Shown here: positions 29,299 to 36,025 of the stretch, piece by piece
Layout: every line of letters begins with the position of its first letter
Numbering within the stretch: position 1 is the first letter of the stretch
DNA from: Thermoleophilales bacterium
GTDB lineage: Bacteria > Actinomycetota > Thermoleophilia > Solirubrobacterales > 70-9
Reading direction: 5' to 3'
NCBI GenBank assembly: GCA_040375675.1
Contig: JBEIRY010000001.1
Coordinates: 3,543 to 67,542, forward strand
Length of the DNA stretch: 64,000 nt
The notes under the pieces: model-generated
Told to the model about the DNA's origin: nothing
Databases searched by the model: none
The model's input: only the letters and a program-made list of their open reading frames with translations
Translations under genes and position numbers: made by a program

Positions 29299-30983
29299 GA
29301 GATCCGATCAATACCCATCCCGAAGTCGCGGTTCAGGGGGTCAGCTCCAAGCGTCCAGGGTGGATGAGCTTTGCGACCAGTTCCGACCACAAGGATGTCG
29401 GAAGGATCTATATCGGCGCCGCGCTTGGCTTCCTCGCGCTGGCAGCAGTCGAGTTCTTCCTGATGCGTCTGCAGTTGATGGTCCCTGACAACACACTGAT
29501 AGCTCCGGTCACCTTCAACCGCCTGCTTTCCGTCTTCGGAGTGACCCTGACCTCCCTGTTCGTACTGCCCCTCGCAATGGGTCTGATCACCTACCTCCTG
29601 CCCCTGCAGATCGGTGCGCGCTCGCTCGCGTTCCCCCGTCTGGCGACCGTTGCTCTCTGGCTCTTCTTGACCGGAGGGGCCTTGACCTACATCTCCTTCT
29701 TCTACACGCCCCCCGAAGCAGGCCCGCTCGGCCTCCCTCCGCTCTCTGGCGACCTGGCCTTCATCGACAACAACGGAACCGATGTCTGGATTGCCACCGT
29801 CGGGCTCTCCACACTCGGTCTCGTGCTGCAGGCGATCAACATCGTCGTCACCGCCTCGCGCGAGCGCGCGCCGGGTATGGCCTGGAGGCGATTCCCGACC
29901 TTCGCGTTCTCTGGCGTGGTCAGCTCCTGGCTGCTGCTCGTAGTAGGACCGGCGATGATCGCGGGCTTGACCATGCTGATGATCGACCGCCACTACGGCG
30001 GAGTCTTCTTCAATTCCGGAGAAAGCGGCTCCCCCACCTACTTCGAACACCTCAGCTCGATCTTCACGACCGGCGTCTATCTGATCACTCTGATCACCGC
30101 GATCGGCGCGATCTCGGAAATCCTGCAGACCTTCGCCGGAAGAGCTCTCCCACACAGGCGCGCGGTCTCACGTTCGCTCGTCGCCATAGCGGTTCTCGGG
30201 TCTCTGGCCTGGATGCAGAACATGATGTCGGCCGAGATCCGCATCGGCTTCCTCTACGCCGCGATGGCCTTTGCCCTGGCGCTCATCGTGCCCATAGGCA
30301 TCGTCTTCTGGAACTGGTTCGGAGTACTTGCTTCAGGCTCGATCAAGCTGCGCGCGCCGGTCGTCTTTGCGGTCGGCGCGATCTCCCTGCTCAGCCTCGG
30401 ACTCGCCGGCGAGATGATGCAGAGCCTGATCCCGGTCAACTGGCTGCTGGCCGGCACTACCGACTCGACAGCAGAGACGGGCCTGGTGCTGATCGGCGGA
30501 TCGGTCATGGCCGGATTTGCAGCGCTGCACTACTGGATACCGAAGATGACCGGTCGTGAGGTCGGTGAGGGAACTGGCAAGGTCTCTGCGGTCGTGATCT
30601 ACCTGAGTGCCCTCGTCATCTGCGCCTGCCTGTTCCTCGCCGGACTCAACGGACAGCCGGCCGATACCTACAGGTTCTATGCAGGAGAAGGTCTCGATAC
30701 CTACAACCTGATCGCATCGATCGCGGCGATCGTGCTGATGCTCGGGATCTTGACCGAGCTGACGAACATCACGCTGAGCGTCCACCACGGCCGGCGCGTT
30801 GGCCACGATCCATGGGGCGGCTCGACACTCGAATGGTTCGCCCTCTCGCCTCCGCCCGCTCACAACTTCGACCTGGTACCTGATGTCCGCTCGAGCGAGC
30901 CGATGTCCGACATCAGGCGCGGAATAGAACGTGATTCGGCTGAAGCCGCCGAGACGGCCAAGGTCGCTGAGCCGGTAGCCTAG
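29295..30983 (+). CDS. heme-copper oxidase subunit I-like 12-TM protein lacking all heme and CuB histidine ligands
   Basis: The GTG start overlaps the subunit II-like stop (GTGA). It aligns almost without gaps to the canonical CtaD in this window and keeps the DHK, AFPRL, RAPGM, GGSV, HYWIPK and STLEW motifs. All six ligand His residues are substituted (see findings). Confidence 0.85.
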   Translation: MRDPINTHPEVAVQGVSSKRPGWMSFATSSDHKDVGRIYIGAALGFLALAAVEFFLMRLQLMVPDNTLIAPVTFNRLLSVFGVTLTSLFVLPLAMGLITYLLPLQIGARSLAFPRLATVALWLFLTGGALTYISFFYTPPEAGPLGLPPLSGDLAFIDNNGTDVWIATVGLSTLGLVLQAINIVVTASRERAPGMAWRRFPTFAFSGVVSSWLLLVVGPAMIAGLTMLMIDRHYGGVFFNSGESGSPTYFEHLSSIFTTGVYLITLITAIGAISEILQTFAGRALPHRRAVSRSLVAIAVLGSLAWMQNMMSAEIRIGFLYAAMAFALALIVPIGIVFWNWFGVLASGSIKLRAPVVFAVGAISLLSLGLAGEMMQSLIPVNWLLAGTTDSTAETGLVLIGGSVMAGFAALHYWIPKMTGREVGEGTGKVSAVVIYLSALVICACLFLAGLNGQPADTYRFYAGEGLDTYNLIASIAAIVLMLGILTELTNITLSVHHGRRVGHDPWGGSTLEWFALSPPPAHNFDLVPDVRSSEPMSDIRRGIERDSAEAAETAKVAEPVA

Positions 30984-30987
30984 GGTC

Positions 30988-32007
30988 ATGCAGAACCCTC
31001 GCGCAGGCGAGGCCCTGCGCCGGTTTAGGCGCCTCGCCCTGGTAACAGCAGTTGTGACTTTCCTCCTCGTCGTAGTCGGCGGGATAGTCCGTGTCAGCGA
31101 GTCCGGTCTGGGCTGCGGCCCTTCCGGCAGCGGACTGCACGGATGGCCGCTTTGCGGAGGACAGGTGCTGCCGGTCGTTGGCGACGAGGCGCTTTTCGTC
31201 GAGTTTTCACACCGCTTCCTCGCAGGGGTTGTCGTGCTGCTGATCGCAGTGATGATCTGGCTTGCCTTCCGCGATCTGCGTGAGCTGCGCTGGCCGGTGC
31301 GCGGATCTATTGCGGTTGGTGTCTTGGTGCTCTGCCAAGCGGCCCTGGGCGGCCTGACGGTCGAATACAACCTCTACGAGGCCCTGGTGGCCGCACACCT
31401 CTGTCTGGCGATGATCTGTTTCGGTTTGCTGATCTGGCTCACCGTCGCCGCTGGCGACTCTGAACGCGTCGACGCAGGCGAAAAGCCAAGGGCGCCGATC
31501 TCGAAACTGAAGCCGTTCGTCTTTACCGCTGCCGGCTTCCTGCTTGCCTCGATGGTTGCCGGCTCATACATGGCCGGAACCGAAAAGCTCGGCTCCGATG
31601 GAGCGGCGGCCGAGGGGGCACACATGGCCTGCGGTAACCAGTTCCCCGGCTGCCTCAACAAAGGCGTGCTGCCATTTGGCACCAACGAACTGATCGACAT
31701 CCACCTGACCCACCGCGTGCTCGTCTACTGCGCTGCGCTGGCGATCATCGTGCTCTTGATTGCTGCGTGGAGGCTGGGTTCGCGCAGCAAGCTGCTGCTG
31801 CTGGCAGGTGGGCTGCTGACCCTGCAGATCGCACTTGGCGGGATGAATGTATGGCTCGGCGAGCATGCCGTGCTCGTAGTTGCACACCTTGCTACCGCTG
31901 TTGCCCTCTGGACCTCGATCCTGCTGATCGGCTACACGCAGGCGCTCTCGCCTGCAGCCGCTCCCAAGACAAAGAGGAGCCGGAATACAAAAGCAGTGGC
32001 TGCCTAG
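30988..32007 (+). CDS. ctaA: heme A synthase (COX15/CtaA family)
   Basis: 339-aa, 8-TM ORF. Cys pairs occur in GLGCGPSG..WPLCGG, and His motifs in FSHRFLAG and HLTHRVLVY. Confidence 0.85.
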   Translation: MQNPRAGEALRRFRRLALVTAVVTFLLVVVGGIVRVSESGLGCGPSGSGLHGWPLCGGQVLPVVGDEALFVEFSHRFLAGVVVLLIAVMIWLAFRDLRELRWPVRGSIAVGVLVLCQAALGGLTVEYNLYEALVAAHLCLAMICFGLLIWLTVAAGDSERVDAGEKPRAPISKLKPFVFTAAGFLLASMVAGSYMAGTEKLGSDGAAAEGAHMACGNQFPGCLNKGVLPFGTNELIDIHLTHRVLVYCAALAIIVLLIAAWRLGSRSKLLLLAGGLLTLQIALGGMNVWLGEHAVLVVAHLATAVALWTSILLIGYTQALSPAAAPKTKRSRNTKAVAA

Positions 32008-32008
32008 G

Positions 32009-33016
32009 ATGCGTACCGAAACGACAACTCCTTCGAGCCCCACCTCCAGATCCGCCAGCGGGGAACCCGCCACGACCAACGGCAACGGGGTGCCGGCCAA
32101 GAGCAGCCTCAACGCAACGACCACCAGTAGTTCGCAAGATGGCGTAATGCGCAGGGCGATCAGCACGGCAAACGACTACGTGACCCTGACCAAGCCGAGG
32201 ATCATCTCGCTGCTGCTGCTCACCACGGTCGCAACCATGTTCGTTGCAGATCCCTCCGGCCCCGGCATCGGGACCATCCTCTGGACGATGCTCGGTGGAT
32301 ACCTCGCTGCAGGAGGCGCCGGGGCAATCAACCACTACCTCGAGCGCGACACCGACTCGCGAATGGAGCGCACCCGAGGCAGGCCGCTGGCATCAGGGCG
32401 GATCAGCCCGCTCAAGGGGCTGGCTTTCGGAATCGCCCTGGGCACCCTGGCAACGGTTCAGCTGGCCATCACGGTCAACCCGCTTGCGGCAGCGCTGTCG
32501 CTGGCCGGACTGCTTGGCTACGTGTTCGTATACACGCTCTGGCTCAAGCCGCGGACACCGGAAAACATCGTTCTCGGAGGAGCTGCCGGAGCCATACCCC
32601 CATTGGTCGGCTGGGCTGCGGCCACCGGTGGCCTGACCCTGGATGCCTTCTGGCCATTTGCGGTTGTCTTCTTCTGGACTCCACCCCACTTCTGGGCGCT
32701 CTCGCTGCTGATATCCGACGACTACGCCAAGACCGGCACGCCAATGCTCCCGAACGTCCGAGGCGAAGCAACTACCAGGCAGCGGATCCTCCTCTACACG
32801 CTGGTGCTGACCGCAGTCAGCCTGGCGCCGTTCTTCACTGGGCTGTTTGGATCGCTCTATCTGATCTCGGCATCTGTACTCGGAGGAGTGTTCATCGCCG
32901 GAAGCATCGCCCTGATAAGGCGTCCCTCGCGCGAATCGGCACGGAATCTCTACCTCTGGTCGCTTGCTTACCTGGCACTGCTCTTCTGCACTATGGCCCT
33001 CGACCGCGTCCTATAA
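32009..33016 (+). CDS. ctaB: protoheme IX farnesyltransferase (heme O synthase)
   Basis: UbiA-family protein with YVTLTKPRIISLLLLTT and a NHYLERDTD-type Asp-rich motif. The ATG is 1 nt after the ctaA stop. An alternative internal start at 32147 (MRRAIST) would remove a low-complexity leader. Confidence 0.88.
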   Translation: MRTETTTPSSPTSRSASGEPATTNGNGVPAKSSLNATTTSSSQDGVMRRAISTANDYVTLTKPRIISLLLLTTVATMFVADPSGPGIGTILWTMLGGYLAAGGAGAINHYLERDTDSRMERTRGRPLASGRISPLKGLAFGIALGTLATVQLAITVNPLAAALSLAGLLGYVFVYTLWLKPRTPENIVLGGAAGAIPPLVGWAAATGGLTLDAFWPFAVVFFWTPPHFWALSLLISDDYAKTGTPMLPNVRGEATTRQRILLYTLVLTAVSLAPFFTGLFGSLYLISASVLGGVFIAGSIALIRRPSRESARNLYLWSLAYLALLFCTMALDRVL

Positions 33017-33029
33017 GGTTCCTCTCGTA

Positions 33030-33140
33030 ATGGATCGCAATCGAGCACGCTCAAACATCAAGTCCGGCCTGTGGGCTGGGGCCCTTGCCCTGTTCGTTTT
33101 TGCCGCCGCCTTCTACATCGCAGTCCTCTACCTCGCATGA
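33030..33140 (+). CDS. 36-aa single-pass membrane peptide (not in ORF track)
   Basis: Hand translation gives MDRNRARSNIKSGLWAGALALFVFAAAFYIAVLYLA followed by a stop. It lies 13 nt after ctaB, and its stop overlaps the next ATG (ATGA). Confidence 0.4.
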   Translation: MDRNRARSNIKSGLWAGALALFVFAAAFYIAVLYLA

Positions 33141-33379
33141 GTCAACCCGAGAAGCCGTCAGAGCTGATCTACCTGCCCGCTCCCACCGCGCTACCGGTGA
33201 TCCTGGCGATCGGAATCGCATTGATCGTGTTCGGAACATTTGCCTGGTGGCCCTACGCGGCTCTAGGCGGCATCCTGGCCATAGGAGCCTTCATCGCCTG
33301 GATGCGGAAGAACCGCACGGATATTGCCCGTATGCCGCGCGAGCAGGAGGAAACTCCGGCTCGCATACCTCTTCGCTGA
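33137..33379 (+). CDS. 80-aa two-helix membrane protein
   Basis: I place the start at the ATG giving MSQPEKPSELIYLPAPTALPVILAIGIALIVFGTFAWWPYAALGGILAIGAFIAWMRK. It is translationally coupled to the preceding micro-ORF. Confidence 0.5.
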   Translation: MSQPEKPSELIYLPAPTALPVILAIGIALIVFGTFAWWPYAALGGILAIGAFIAWMRKNRTDIARMPREQEETPARIPLR

Positions 33380-33485
33380 GCGCTCCTTACCCGCTGATCA
33401 TCGCTCGTGCGATTAGTCGCAAGCGCGGCCGAAAACAGGGCAGGCTGACGGAGCGTGGTCAGGCTCTCCCGATAGGATTAGGGCA

Positions 33486-34163
33486 ATGAATCGTCCCAAG
33501 TCCTTCGGAGCATTTCTGCGCATTGGTATCGGGCTCGTCGCCACAGCTTCCCTCGTGGCCCTCTCTGGCTGCGACCTCCAAGAAGACGCAGACACCGCCC
33601 GTGGTGAACAACTCTTCGTCCAGAAGTGCGGCAGCTGCCACGCCCTGACCGCGGCCGGCACGCAGGCAAACGTCGGACCAAACCTCGACTACGCCTTCAA
33701 AGCCTCCAGGGCGATCGGTGCGGACCAGGACACGATCGAGGGCATCGTCACTCACCAGATCGAGTACCCGCGCCCCGCCGACCCGAAAGACACCCACCTC
33801 TACATGCCGGCGAATCTGGTCGAAGGCAATGACCTGAAAGACGTTGCCGCATACGTAGCGAGCGTGGCAGGCGTACCGGGAATCAAGCCCCCGCAGTTCG
33901 TGCCTGAGGAGTTCTTCGTATCCAACTGCGGCGGCTGCCACATACTCTCGGCTGCAGGCACGCAGGGCGTAACCGGACCGAATCTCGACAACAGCCTTTC
34001 CGGGCAAACTCCGGATTGGATCCAGAATGCGATCGTCAACCCCAACAGCGAGATCGCTGCCGGCTATCAGGCCGGGGTGATGCCACAGAACTTCGGTCAG
34101 GTAATGACGCCTGACCAGCTGAAGAAGCTAGTCGACTACCTCGAGAAGTCAGTCAACGGCTGA
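33486..34163 (+). CDS. diheme c-type cytochrome lipoprotein
   Basis: 225-aa ORF with a lipobox signal (VALSGC). It has two CxxCH motifs (CGSCH, CGGCH), each followed by a distal MP Met (LYMPANL, GVMPQNF). Confidence 0.85.
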   Translation: MNRPKSFGAFLRIGIGLVATASLVALSGCDLQEDADTARGEQLFVQKCGSCHALTAAGTQANVGPNLDYAFKASRAIGADQDTIEGIVTHQIEYPRPADPKDTHLYMPANLVEGNDLKDVAAYVASVAGVPGIKPPQFVPEEFFVSNCGGCHILSAAGTQGVTGPNLDNSLSGQTPDWIQNAIVNPNSEIAAGYQAGVMPQNFGQVMTPDQLKKLVDYLEKSVNG

Positions 34164-34168
34164 CCTCT

Positions 34169-34351
34169 TCACCGGCGAGGGGTTTTCGCGCCCTCGTCTG
34201 TCTCATCCGGAGACGCAACCCACCTGCGTAGCCAGATCACGACCCTGATCAGGGCGACAGCGATCAGCAGGCCAGCCAGGATTGCGGCAGCAAGGCCAGA
34301 GACGAGAACCGCCAGCGCTACGACTACTGCCCCCGAGACGAGAACCATCAC
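34169..34351 (-). CDS. 60-aa two-helix membrane protein downstream of ctaE
   Basis: The ORF is almost entirely hydrophobic (VSGAVVVALAVLVSGLAAAILAGLLIAVALIRVVIWL). It is on the same strand as the cta operon, 97 nt downstream. It could be a small oxidase subunit, but this is unproven. Confidence 0.4.
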   Translation of the reverse strand: MMVLVSGAVVVALAVLVSGLAAAILAGLLIAVALIRVVIWLRRWVASPDETDEGAKTPRR

Positions 34352-34448
34352 GAGCAGCCTGAAGGCGTCTCCCTCGTTCTGAAAGGGGTTGCGCAGGTCT
34401 TTGCGCCCGGAGCGGGGATCGGAGGCTTCTGGGGCTACGAGAACGCCT

Positions 34449-35078
34449 CTAGAGGACGTAGACGGTGACGAAGACGATCACCCACATCACGTCGACGAAG
34501 TGCCAATAGATACTCGGCAGTTCGAGTCCGCGGTGATCTTCAGCCTTCGGCCCGAAGTGGCCGCGCCACAACCGCACGTTGACGATGGTGAGGAGGATGA
34601 GACCGACGATCACGTGGGCGCCGTGGAGGCCGGTCAGACCGTAGAAGATCGAACCGAAGGCACCGTCACGGGCGCTGAATCCTACGTGGATGTACTCGTT
34701 GAGCTGAATGAAAAGGAAGGTGGCACCCAACAGCCAGGTAACCGCCATCGCAGCCGTCGCGGCCCTGCGATTGCCTCGACGAATACCTTCAAGCGCCCAG
34801 TGAATCGTGAAGCTCGATGAGACCAGGATCGCCGTATTGACCCCCGCCACGACAACCGGTAGCTCATACGGGGACGGCGGCCACGGGCCGTCGTTGACCA
34901 CCACCCGCAGGAAGAAGTAGGAGGCAAAGAACGCGCCGAAGAGCATCGCCTCGGTGACGAGGAAGATCAGCAATCCGAGCGTGGTCTGGTCGACCTTCGA
35001 GCTCTTGTTGGCCTCGGGTGGCCCGTGATGGTGATGGTCGTCTGTTGCGTGACCCAAGCTCACGGATGCGCTCTCCAT
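34449..35078 (-). CDS. ctaE: cytochrome c oxidase subunit III
   Basis: 209-aa ORF with the FYGLTGLHGAHVIVGL motif and the terminal HFVDVMWV motif. Confidence 0.88.
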   Translation of the reverse strand: MESASVSLGHATDDHHHHGPPEANKSSKVDQTTLGLLIFLVTEAMLFGAFFASYFFLRVVVNDGPWPPSPYELPVVVAGVNTAILVSSSFTIHWALEGIRRGNRRAATAAMAVTWLLGATFLFIQLNEYIHVGFSARDGAFGSIFYGLTGLHGAHVIVGLILLTIVNVRLWRGHFGPKAEDHRGLELPSIYWHFVDVMWVIVFVTVYVL

Positions 35079-36025
35079 CAGGCCTCCTCGTCCTCTGTGT
35101 CGCTTTCTGACCCTACTGCTGCCAGGGCCGCGGACCTTGCAGCTGAAACCCTCGCACGGCGGCCGGAGGACTCGATGTGCTCTACCGGTTTACCGGTCGC
35201 CTTCTCGGCCTCCTGTACCAGCCCCTGCTCGATCCATTCGGACTTTTCGCCCTTCAGCGTCGAGATCAGGATGTCGTCGAGGCGGTAGTGCTCGTTTGCG
35301 TTACGAATCGCAGTGAGGGGGTCTGGACTCATCGGCTGACCAGTTGCATCGATCTCCTTGTCGTACATGGCGCTCAAGGTCCGCGCCAGGTTCTCGCAGA
35401 TCTCCTCGCGACTTACCTCGCCTGAGCGCGGTGCGATGAAGGTGTATCGGTGGGGGCTCTTCTCTGCCCGCTCGATCAGCCTGCTGACGAGCTCCTGACT
35501 GTTGATCGTCTTGGTCGCGACGACGAGGGTGTGGGTGATGTCCCAGTTAACGCCGTCCTCGTCCACGCGAACCGGAATGTGTTCGATCGGAACCTCGTAG
35601 CGAGAGCGTGCCCAGTCCACGAAATCACGGCGAAGAGGGCCGAAACGGGTCTCGTAGAGACACGAGAGGAGCACCCGGTCGGGATTGGTCGCCCGAATTG
35701 CATCATCGAGGGCCAGAGGCGGATCGGGGTCCATGACTCCACCAACAGAGGGGATTCCGAACTCGCCGAGGACCTGCGAGGTGACATCCACCCTGCTCTG
35801 GGCGGAGTCCCTTGCCTGATCGGGATCGACGATCTGACCTACGTCAGGCTCGTTCTGCGGCGCTATGACGCCAAAGTAGTCAGCACCTGCATCGGTCATC
35901 TCACGACAGGCGTTGAGAAGCTTTCGCCCACCAGCCACCTCGTTGAGGAATACGAGAACACGCTTCTCCTCACCGCTGCGCGGCGGATTGTCAGGCTGCG
36001 GATAGTTGGTATCCGAGTCGCTCAC
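35078..36025 (-). CDS. tandem USP-like (adenine-nucleotide-alpha-hydrolase-like fold) cytoplasmic protein embedded in the cta operon
   Basis: 315-aa soluble ORF made of two internally repeated halves. Examples of the repeat are VLVFLNE.. / TLVVATKT.. and MDPDPPLALDDAIRATNPDRVLLSCL / MSPDPLTAIRNANEHYRLDDILISTL. It overlaps the ctaD stop (ATGA) and the ctaE start (TGATG). Confidence 0.6.
   Translation of the reverse strand: MSDSDTNYPQPDNPPRSGEEKRVLVFLNEVAGGRKLLNACREMTDAGADYFGVIAPQNEPDVGQIVDPDQARDSAQSRVDVTSQVLGEFGIPSVGGVMDPDPPLALDDAIRATNPDRVLLSCLYETRFGPLRRDFVDWARSRYEVPIEHIPVRVDEDGVNWDITHTLVVATKTINSQELVSRLIERAEKSPHRYTFIAPRSGEVSREEICENLARTLSAMYDKEIDATGQPMSPDPLTAIRNANEHYRLDDILISTLKGEKSEWIEQGLVQEAEKATGKPVEHIESSGRRARVSAARSAALAAVGSESDTEDEEA

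Noticed and set aside
29295-30983. The ligand-less subunit I paralog read as an ordinary decaying pseudogene.
   Set aside because: The 560+ codon frame is uninterrupted and all 12 helices are retained. Many non-catalytic COX1 motifs survive. The gene is translationally coupled on both sides to intact genes. Purifying selection on the fold seems more likely, but this needs comparative data.
33051-33239. 62-aa minus-strand ORF overlapping the two small plus-strand membrane ORFs.
   Set aside because: It lies antisense within a tightly coupled plus-strand operon, its translation is Arg/Ser-rich, and it has no start context.
34164-34200. Hairpin GGCGAGGGG-TTTTCGCG-CCCTCGTC after the diheme cytochrome c gene, as a bidirectional terminator.
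   Set aside because: The stem is short and imperfect, and it overlaps the 3' end of the 60-aa minus-strand ORF. There is no clear U-tract, so it is too weak to call.
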